A stretch of DNA of 64,000 bases from Eledone cirrhosa (Eukaryota), in assembly GCA_964016885.1 (NCBI GenBank), contig OZ024745.1, positions 121,396,001 to 121,460,000 of the forward strand, written 5' to 3'. Positions 1 through 9,594 of this stretch are shown here, one piece after another. A program made the position numbers and the translations under genes. How positions within the stretch are numbered: position 1 is the stretch's first letter; each line of letters starts with the position of its first letter. The notes below the pieces were generated by a model. It was not told the DNA's origin, searched no databases, and saw only the letters and a program-made list of their open reading frames with translations.

Positions 1-917
1 AAAATAATTTCTTGTTTTCCAAAGATGTTTATATGATCGGCAGCAGCAGATCTAAAGTTATAAATCTCAGCATTATCACAGAACACATCTCCTTTGCTAT
101 CGCTGTGGATTGGCAGTATCAGTAGAGCGTTGGACAAGATACTTCGCAGCATAGAGTTACGGCCCTTTAAGTTCTGAGTTCAAATCTCGCCAAGGTTAGC
201 TTTGCCTTTCATCTTTACGAGGTCGATAAAATAAAGCACCAGAAATACACTGGAGTCGATTTAATCGATTTTCCCCTTCCCCAAAATTGCTGGCCCTGTG
301 CCTATTATAGAAATCATTATCAAAGAACCAGCGATAAATCAATCAATCAATCAAAGAGTAAAAGAAAGAGAAAAGGTAACCATAATCGATTAATCAGACA
401 GGGATAGTGTAAGGTGGAGGAATGTGTGGAACTAACAAGTTTATTTCTTCCTTTAGTTTATATCCGGTTTGAGTGTATCCGGCTTTTGTAATGGAAAACT
501 GCAGTCGCTATGATGGCGTTATTTGTTATAGTTAGCAGAATGAGGTAAATATCGATTGGAATGTGTTTTCGGTTCTCTGTGACAAGCGACGTACATGAGC
601 GGTAAGATGTTGGTGAAAGGAGCTCGGGGGTCGGGTTTCGAGTCTCAACATTTTTTTTTTCTTTTCTTTTCTTTTTTTTGTTTGTTTGTTTGTTTTTTGT
701 TGATTCAGAGGACATATACAGAAAATGTAATAGAAACTGTACAATATACACGGTTTGAAGGACCCCGCCACCCGCCTCAAAAAAATGAAGCAACATAATA
801 ATGGGAGTGGGGAGAGCGACAGACTCTTCACCCCAGTCTGAGCAGTGTTTCAGCTGCGTCACGCGCATAAAATAACAACGGTATTGCCACGGAGAATAGC
901 CAGCAACACCTGCTGCA
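1..917. repeat. Left arm of an inverted segmental duplication (partner 12667-13513), cut by the window edge
   Basis: Reverse complement of 1-73 matches 13441-13513 exactly. Identity continues through the SINE and unique flanks, with an indel around 650-735. Confidence 0.95.
104..320 (+). mobile_element. tRNA-derived SINE, family 1 (Meta-domain-like centre)
   Basis: Head ggattggcagtatc...gagttcaaat (A/B-box-like) and centre GCCTTTCATCC..GGTCGATAAAATAAAGTACCAG. About 20 further copies, including 1915-2097(-), 3510-3603(-), 11430-11613(-), 13196-13410(-), 20380-20578(+), 51540-51680(-), 52250-52385(-), 55550-55735(-), 56760-56850(+). Confidence 0.85.
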
Positions 918-1255
918 ACAGCCACACTACAACACGAGGCTCCTCCCTCCGGCAGACTGACGCCTTTTCCGATTTAACGAAGGAAATCAGCAGTGTGGGG
1001 ACCTGAGGGCACCAGAGGTTTCGACGGCGACCCGTACGAAAAGGAAGAGATCGGTCAAGCTCCGGTATTTAGTTACCTTCTTTGCATTACTGGGGGGTGA
1101 TGCAGGGATTTGTTTTCCAGGTGGTGCATGGGGTTTGTAGTCGAGGCGGTGCAGGGGTTTGTTTGTATTCGAAGCGACAATGTTGGAGGCGAAGAACGAG
1201 TTACAAGACATCGCGTCCCAGATTAGGGATCTACATTCCACAGATGGGAAGGAGG
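855..1255 (-). mobile_element. 3' fragment of a non-LTR retrotransposon with restriction-like endonuclease (CRE-like), decayed
   Basis: RSLIWDA...KKVTKYRSLTDLFLFVRVAVETSGAL, followed by LAILRGNTVVIL. These resemble the C-terminal RLE motifs WD / K..KY / P.AVET.G / L.RGN. Confidence 0.75.
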
Positions 1256-1714
1256 TTTATAGCAATTTAATTCAGGGGACGATGGAATTGGAGGGGGGGG
1301 GGGGCATGGGCCGACCCAATAATTATATTTTTCTCCCCAAACTACCAAAACACACAACTATTTGTATATGCTCTACAATTTATGTAGATCGAATTTATTT
1401 TTATATCATGATTGATAACAGCTAAACTAATCGCTACAACTAACAACTAAATTGACAACATTTGCCCCCCCCCCCCCCCCCCCTGTTTTCAAGGCCACTG
1501 TAATTTCCACTCCTCCTCCACGTGATTTTATGAAAAACAGGATTATATAAAATCACTTATCCTCTTTCTTATAAATGGCTCAACATTTCTTTGCTACTTT
1601 TTTTTTACCGCTTACAACATTGGAAATTATTGACTTGTCCATACAATGTTTTGATAAGCCGAAGTCTGCGAAACTTGAAATAAACAGTCACCATATTAAT
1701 AACATTATATATAT

Positions 1715-1745
<31 letters not shown>

Positions 1746-1860
1746 CATGTGTGTATATATACATATATATATATATAGATATATATATATATATACATGT
1801 GTGTATATATACATATATATATATATAGATATATATATATATATATGTGTGTATATATAC

Positions 1861-1894
<34 letters not shown>

Positions 1895-2991
1895 ATGTGT
1901 GTGTATATACATAATTGTTTCTATTTTTGGCACAAAGCCAGCAATTTCCCAGTACATTACTGGTACTTTATTTTATCGACCCCCGTAATGAAAGGCAAAG
2001 TTAACCTCGGCGGGATTTGAACTCAGATCATACAGGGACGTAACTCTATGCTTCAAAGCATGGTGTCCGACTCTCTACCGATACTACCAATCCACCGTAC
2101 ATAATGTTATTAATATGGTGACTGTTTATTTCAAGTTATATATACATATATATACAGTTGTATACAATTGTTTCACCTTAGCGGATCCTCAGCTCGTAAT
2201 TATCAGCTGAGGATCCGCTAAGGTGAAACAGTTGTTCTCGGTATGGTGAACTAACTGTTGTGTGTTCAAATGGGTATGTAAACACACGTTTTGATAATGT
2301 TTTAGTATGTAAACATATGTTTACTTGTTTTTCACTAGATTGAACAATATAAACTGCTTGGTTCGATTGACAATGTTTAAACATGGTCACAACGGTTTTG
2401 GCCACGTGATATAAACGATGTAGTACTCCTATGTAACTTAGGTATTACCATTTTCCAAAGAGTTGAGAGCTGTTATGCATGGCCGAATGGTTAACAAGTT
2501 CGCTTCACAGTCATTAGGTTGCGGGTTAGAGTTCACTGCCTGATATTTTGAACAATTTTCATTTACCAAAGCGTAGGATCGACCTATGCCTTGTCAATAA
2601 AATTGGGTAGACAGAAACTGTATGGAAGTCTGTCGGATAGGACTGAACCTGTCATTGAAAGGGCCAGCCTTGTCACACACTGTGTCACGCTGAATCTTCC
2701 CGAGATTTACTTTAACGGTACACGTGTCTGTAGAATGGTTAACTACTTAAACGTTAACACGTTAATTTTATGAGCAGGATGTTCCGATGGTCGAATAACT
2801 TGAACAACTCATCGTCGATACGGGTGGAGGTCCATTCTATGAGGTATTTCATCTTTCCTTTCCAGAACAGAAGAGTTAAAAATAGGGGGGAAAAAACTAG
2901 AAGTATTTGTGACTGCTTGTTTATGCCAAAAGAAAAAAAAAATGTGTGTAAATATATATATATATTACTGCTATATAGGACCCCCACCCAC

Positions 2992-3068
<77 letters not shown>

Positions 3069-3458
3069 CTCAAATTTCAGACTTTCTCCTACCTTGAATA
3101 ATTTATAAAAGAATTAAGTAGAAAATAACGGACGCTAACGAACTGGAACCATATTTCTCCCCCTTCGTTACTTCTGCTGTTTTGCAGGGATATTGAGATA
3201 TCCTCACAGCAAGTCTGTATGGGTGTCAAAGAAATATTTTGCACTTCGTTGCGCACTGAATACACACACAAACAGACAGACAGACACACACACATACACA
3301 CAGAGGTATATGTGTATGTACGTGTGTGTGTGTGTATATATATATATACATATATATATCTACACACATATATATATATATATTTATACACATATATATA
3401 TATATTTATATATATATTGGGTAATTGCTGGCCTTGTGCCAAAAGTAGAAACAATTAT

Positions 3459-3510
<52 letters not shown>

Positions 3511-3794
3511 AATTGTTTCTACTTTAGGCACAAGGCCAACAATTACCCAGTACATTACTGGTACTTTATTTTATCGACCCCGTAAGGATGAAAGGCAAAG
3601 TTAATAATAGTTGTTTCTACTTTTGTTTCTACTATAAACCATTCAGTCGAGTGTGAAGCCCTCTGGGTGAAACACTTGTCTTCCATAATGGTTTATTAAC
3701 TGTTGTGGAACTAACGTTTACCAAACTCATCCCTTGGACTGAGTGCTCTACTACTAAGGATATAACCTCCCAGTGTTCTACTACTACTATATAT

Positions 3795-3869
<75 letters not shown>

Positions 3870-4225
3870 TATTGAAGCATTGTGGAATAAGAAGGTAAAT
3901 TTCTTTAAGTCGTTTGGAATCCTCGACAATGCAAATGGGTAAATCTCCGGGTAACAAGATGCGGTGGTGGAGAGAGAGATGTAAGTGGGTGTACGTTGAG
4001 ATGCGTGGCGTGTATAAGACGTGTAGAGGAATGAAGGAAAGAGCATAAAGGATAAAATTAAAATAACAACACGAGAGAGAGTTACCTTGGGAGAGATTTA
4101 ATTGTCCCTATATATTTCGGATTCACATCCATCAACTGGGGGTTTTTTCCGGGGTGAAGGAAAGGTTGTCTGTCGGAAAGGTGCGAAACGCGTCCTCCGC
4201 TGTTCGTTGTTTTGAATATCTAAAC

Positions 4226-4306
<81 letters not shown>

Positions 4307-4448
4307 CAATATAAGCTTGTCTTTATTGACTTATATCGAGACAGACAAATTGTATTCACTTTAATTAGTTTATTTCATGCTAGCTAACTTTCTTTGTCTC
4401 TTACAATACAAACACGTTTGTGTTTATCATATATATTAATATATAACT

Positions 4449-4517
<69 letters not shown>

Positions 4518-4661
4518 GTTTGTAGTTAGAAGGCCGGAACAATGCAGGTATGGATATAGAATATAAATACAAATGCAAAAGAGATCGCTGACAATTAGTC
4601 TTTTACCTTAAATTTATATACATATATATACATATATATATATATACATATATACATATAC

Positions 4662-4721
<60 letters not shown>

Positions 4722-5199
4722 GTGAAGCGTAGTTGGTTGGTTGTTGTCGAAGAAGGGTGATTTACACCACAAATACAATAATTTGGGTTAGATATATAAC
4801 TTTACTTCAGTTGAAAGGAAAAATGAATTTGTGTTTATTCTGCTACGTTCGATTACAAAGTGACAAGTTGTTTCAGGATGTAAATACCAGCATAGGTCAC
4901 AGTAAGCTCGCAGTAGAAGGGAGTTGTGTTTTGGTTGAAGTGCTATGGGGCCCTTGTAGACAGGGCTGAAGTTTTTTTTGCTCAGTGATACATCTCGATA
5001 CTTGCTAGGACAGGTCGAGGTGATGTTTCTCTCCCGCAACTGCCAGACTTTGAAAACAGGCGAAAATATATAGTTTTTTCGTGTGTGTAAATGAGGTGAT
5101 TAATCTCATTTGCATATGAACCTGTATAAGTTGGCAGAATAGAATTAGAATTTAACTTCGAACATAGCTGTATACGAATATAGCTGTATACAAATAAAA

Positions 5200-5313
5200 T
5201 ATGTTTATAAATAAACATTTAGAAAGCCATAACTATGAATAACACCACTGGCAGCTAACGCTATCGGTGCTCGGCAGAAGCAAGGGGTTTCTAAATGTTT
5301 ATTTATAAACATA
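5200..5313. mobile_element. Small MITE-like inverted repeat with 26-bp arms
   Basis: tatgtttataaataaacatttagaaa ... tttctaaatgtttatttataaacata. Confidence 0.6.
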
Positions 5314-5449
5314 CCGTATTTCTTTAGAAATATGGTATTCAAATATACATACATATATATATATATATATTAATATTTGATGAACATTTACATGTTATAG
5401 TTGCAATTGACTAATAAGATCGCTAGAGTGAAAAATCTTAAACTCTAAG

Positions 5450-5532
<83 letters not shown>

Positions 5533-5536
<4 letters not shown>

Positions 5537-5683
5537 AAAAGAGTCAGGACTCCGACGGCTGAGCTAAATCGACAGCTGTCGAAACGGCCGGAGCTCAGCA
5601 GTCGGGGTCCTGACACTTTTCCTGTTACCCACTCTACTACCCTAAGTGTCGAGTACTCTGGTGCGTTATGGTCCACCTGGTTT

Positions 5684-5686
<3 letters not shown>
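5533..5686. repeat. Fold-back repeat inserted in (TA)n; second copy at 34068-34230
   Basis: aggaaaagagtcaggac.ccgacggctgagct ... agctcagc.gtc.gg.tcctg.c.cttttcct, followed by a shared tail acccactctactaccctaagt. Confidence 0.8.
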
Positions 5687-5727
<41 letters not shown>

Positions 5728-5730
<3 letters not shown>

Positions 5731-5930
5731 TCTCGATTTGTTGGGGATATAAGCTAAACCGACTAAAATAAGTTCCCCAACCATTATTTCTGGAATCGAG
5801 AAACAATATTGATTATTTCAAAACATTAGAACATTCCAGAAACAATGATTGGCAAACTATATTGGTGAAATTGACTTATTTTAGTTGTCTAGCTTGTAAC
5901 CCCCCCCCCCCCCCCTAAATTGAGATTTTG
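5728..5930. mobile_element. MITE-like element with imperfect terminal inverted repeats (TIRs)
   Basis: aaatctcgattt...ctaaaataagt is mirrored by acttattttag...aaattgagattt. Confidence 0.5.
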
Positions 5931-5944
5931 GCATGAGTTAAATA

Positions 5945-6475
5945 CAGAAGTTCTCAAAGTGGGTGCTACCGTCCCCAGGTGAGAAGGTCCAGGGGGCCTA
6001 AGGGGCGGTAGAGATAATATAATAATATATTAAATATCAAATGAGACATATTATATATAAATATAGTAAAATAAAAAAATATTTAACACTTATTTATACA
6101 TAGTACATATTATATTATTTATTATCTCTAAATCAAGGGCGGTGGATTGGCAGTATCGGTAGAGGGCCGGACGCCATGCTTTGCAGCATAGAGTTACGGC
6201 CCTTTATGATCTGAGTTCAAGGTTAATTTTACCTTTCATCCTTACGAGGTCGATAAAATTAAGTACCAGTCACGCACTGGGGTCGATTTAATCGACTTTC
6301 CCCTCCCCCCCAAATTGCTGGCCTTGTGCCTATATAAGAAACCAATATATATAAATCAATGATTTTATTTATATATTATTTACAATTTGCGTGTAGGCAG
6401 GTCTCTCTGGGGACAGGGGTGGGGACCTACGGTATTACGTGGTCATGAAGGGGGAGGTGGCCCCAAAAGTTTGAT
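5945..6475. mobile_element. hAT-like MITE interrupted by a SINE
   Basis: Starts cagaagttctcaaagtggg and ends ccccaaaagtttga, resembling hAT termini. Confidence 0.5.
6137..6345 (+). mobile_element. SINE family 1, nested in a hAT-like MITE
   Basis: Full head-to-tail copy starting gggcggtggattggcagtatcgg. Confidence 0.85.
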
Positions 6476-7316
6476 GTTTAATTACTTCTTTGAGGTTTGA
6501 TAATTAAGAAATGCGAAACTAGTTGGATTATCCACTTTCAGATCCCGAGGCCCCGAGGCTCCCTTCGCTTCTTCACGACTTATAAACCGCAATATATTTT
6601 ATTTAACGTATTGCATATGGCCACCACGATATAGATGAACTATAAATAACTGTCAAATAAAATACCCTCTTAAACGTACCAATATGTATGCATACACACA
6701 CACACACTATATATATGTGTGTGTGTGTGTAGTGTGTATATGTGTATATATGTGTGTGCGTGTGTATGTGTATACGTGTATATACATATATATATTTTTT
6801 CAACATACGATTTTACATAAAAAATCATGCAAAACAAATATATGTATACACACACACACATGATCGTCGGCAAATCACTGATGAAGGACTCATTTTATTA
6901 CATGTTATCCATGTGCTACCTGCAGTATTTTTCTCTATATTTTATTACATATATATATATACTTAGGGTAAATATTGATGCAATTCAATTCAAGCACTCA
7001 ACGTACTTTTTCCACATAGGAGTGACGGAGTAAATATCGAATAAGTAAAAGCGAAGTAGTTTCAGATGCTCAAGTCGTTTAATAATAATGCTGTGATATA
7101 TATTTCAATGACGACACTGGCCACACTCTTCTGTGTGCGAGTGTCGTGACATCATCAGACAGCTTGTTACATAATAAGGTTATGTTTTCGAGGCAATCCA
7201 AGTTGAATCGACGTGGGAACGGACGAAGTGTGTGCTTTTGGGTTCTTCATCCGTTCCCCTGTGAGTACCTATTCACCCCCACCGGTCTGCGCAGGCGCAT
7301 GTCCGAAGGAAGTTGA

Positions 7317-7349
<33 letters not shown>

Positions 7350-7418
7350 TTGAAAAAAATGAAAACGAAATTTCATTTCTCACTCTTAGTATGGCACTTA
7401 CTATCTGGCAGATGGGTA

Positions 7419-7463
7419 AACGGTGCTGATGATAGCTAACAAGCTTGAAACTAGTACATCGTT
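7419..7463 (+). ncRNA. Minimal type I hammerhead ribozyme motif
   Basis: Reads AACGGTG-CTGATGA-T-AGCT-AACA-AGCT-T-GAAA-CTAG-TA-CATCGTT. Intact core, 7-bp helix I with one G-U, 4-bp helix II, palindromic ACTAGT at helix III, GUA cleavage triplet. Confidence 0.8.
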
Positions 7464-7633
7464 CCTGTGTCAGTGTTGAACAAAAAGGTGACGTGGTTGC
7501 CTTAACATCGTATGGCATAAATTCAGGCTGTTCGATTTGTTGACAAACAAACGAACAAAACAGGCGTTATAATAAACGTCGGCTAAACTGATGCGTGCAT
7601 ATATGTATGTGTACCTGTATGCATATGTGTATA

Positions 7634-7689
<56 letters not shown>

Positions 7690-7739
7690 TGCTACTGTAC
7701 GTCTGTATACATATATGTATGTACGTATACATACATGCT

Positions 7740-7803
<64 letters not shown>

Positions 7804-7906
7804 GAGGTTATATTTAATTTGTTGGGATTCAACAAGCTTTAAAATTTTTCTCTGCTGATATAAAGCACTCAACAAATTAGTGGAGTAAATACACAATATA
7901 TTAATG

Positions 7907-7972
7907 TATTTTATCTGATGAAAGCGCACTATAATTTGCCTTGGTTGCCCTTGAAATATATATAATAAAATA
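7907..7972 (+). ncRNA. Type I hammerhead ribozyme motif (family A)
   Basis: Reads TATTTTAT-CTGATGA-AAG-C-GCA...TGC-C-CTT-GAAA-T-ATAT-A-TA-ATAAAATA. Perfect 8-bp helix I and palindromic loop III. Confidence 0.85.
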
Positions 7973-8020
7973 AATATGGTTTTATAAATATAGTTTCCAT
8001 TTATTAATATATTGTATATA

Positions 8021-8085
<65 letters not shown>

Positions 8086-8208
8086 ATAATAATATATTTG
8101 AAGACTAAAATCCAAAGAGGGCTCGATAAGGATAAATATATATCAGATATATAAAAACCCTAGAGCAAATGCACCGATTGTTTGCTTAAACTTTAATCTG
8201 TTATTTTA

Positions 8209-8274
<66 letters not shown>

Positions 8275-8304
8275 AGATCAAAAGATGGTTAAAAGAGTTC
8301 CATG

Positions 8305-8375
8305 TATTTTATTATGCGCATTTCAAAGACAAATATCATCATGGGATGATATTTGCGTTCTCGTCAGATAAAATA
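8305..8375 (-). ncRNA. Type I hammerhead ribozyme motif (family B)
   Basis: Minus strand reads TATTTTAT-CTGACGA-GAA-C-GCAAATATCATC-CCAT-GATGATATTTGT-C-TTT-GAAA-T-GCGC-A-TA-ATAAAATA. All three helices pair and loop III is the palindrome GCGC. Confidence 0.88.
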
Positions 8376-8709
8376 GGGAGACATGATATGAAACTTAAAA
8401 ACACTTGCGAGCAGTGAAGTGTTAAATCAACATGAACGTAATATGTGTACGTAAATAGTTTGTTTAAAAATGAGCGCAGAAGGCAAAGAAGAAAAGAATG
8501 TTTAAGGAATAAAATATCTAACATCAAAAAGTATATATGTTTACGAAATATTTTCTAATGGTAATAATATAATATATTAAAAGAAGTTAGTATATATATA
8601 TATATATATAGAAGTTATATTTAATTTGTTGGGATACAACAAGCAAATATTTTTATAACTAATATAAAGCACTCAACACATTTTTGGAGTAAAAATACAA
8701 TATATTAAT

Positions 8710-8891
8710 TGTTTCTACTTTAGGCACAAGGCCAACAATTACCCAGTGCATTACTGGTACTTTATTTTATCGACCCCGTAAGGATGAAAGGCAAAGTCAA
8801 CCTCGGCGGGATTTGAACTCAGATCGTAAAGGGACGTAACTATGCTGGAAAGCATGGCGTCCGACCCTCTACCGATACTGCCAATCCACCG
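8710..8891 (-). mobile_element. SINE family 1 with 12-bp target site duplication
   Basis: Flanked by caatatattaat at 8698-8709 and 8892-8903. Inserted between two minus-strand hammerheads. Confidence 0.9.
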
Positions 8892-8919
8892 CAATATATT
8901 AATAAATGGAAACTATATT

Positions 8920-8984
8920 TATTTCATTATACATATTTCAAGGACACCAAAGCAAATTATGGTGCGCTTTCATCAGATAAAATA
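8920..8984 (-). ncRNA. Type I hammerhead ribozyme motif (family A)
   Basis: Minus strand reads TATTTTAT-CTGATGA-AAG-C-GCACCA-TAATTTGCTT-TGGTGT-C-CTT-GAAA-T-ATGT-A-TA-ATGAAATA. Confidence 0.85.
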
Positions 8985-9143
8985 TAATATAGATCAGTTT
9001 TATAAACAAATATTGACATGCCCTTAAAAGAATGCGACCATAAGGGTATGTCAATATTTGTTTATAAAACTGATCTATATTATATTTTATCTGATGAAAG
9101 CGCACCATAATTTGCTTTGGTGTCCTTGAAATATGTATAATGA
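8924..9143. repeat. Near-perfect palindrome, arms about 103 bp, 14-bp spacer
   Basis: tcattatacatatttcaagg...gacatgccctta, spacer aaagaatgcgacca, then taagggtatgtc...ccttgaaatatgtataatga. One mismatch seen. Confidence 0.95.
9083..9143 (+). ncRNA. Hammerhead motif (family A), mirror copy of 8920-8984, 3' arm of helix I truncated
   Basis: Same core and helix II on the + strand. Only ATGA of the 3' helix I arm remains. Confidence 0.7.
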
Positions 9144-9369
9144 CTTTTTCCCAATCTCATACATCAATCTTAATTTATTTTTCATATGTTGATTTAAAAT
9201 TTCACTATTCACAAGTGTTTTTTAAGCTTCATATCATGTCTCCCTATTTTATCTGATGAGAACGCAGATATCATAAATAATAAAATATTTGGCATGTATG
9301 TATAAGAATGTATTTGAGGGCGCGTAGCTTAGTGGTTAGAGTATTCGGCTCACGACCGTAAGTTCGTGA

Positions 9370-9594
9370 GCACCCGCGAAGAGTGAAAAAACGCGAATAT
9401 TTGACGTGGTCCATAAAAATGCCTATAAACGTCAAAATATAACGTAATAAAAGAAATCGTGGAAGATATTTACGATTCCGCGAATATGCGGTAGTTTCCA
9501 CGAACAATTATTAGTTAGGTTCTAAGTAAGGTAAATTCCGCGAATAACCGGATCCGCGAATGTCGGGACCGCGAATGCCGGGCGTACACTGTAT
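9370..9594. mobile_element. Tigger/pogo-like MITE end
   Basis: Repeated cgcgaat subterminal motifs ending in ...cactg|ta. Confidence 0.55.

Noticed and set aside
4086-4219. Minus-strand candidate exon (AG...GT, open frame [10 protein letters not shown]...)
   Set aside because: No recognisable protein, phase incompatible with the next candidate at 3093-3255, and it contains a hammerhead relic, so a PLE terminus is more likely.
6875-6900. Other CTGATGA hits (6879, 10599, 22633, 52458, 53160 minus)
   Set aside because: No correctly placed GAAA and helices, so they were not called as hammerheads.
7182-7260. Candidate first SLC6 exon MFSRQ...HPFP with gtgagt donor (phase 1, compatible)
   Set aside because: It lacks a TM1-like hydrophobic stretch and is mostly a DNA hairpin (gggaacggacgaag/cttcatccgttccc). 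The TM1 exon remains unlocated.
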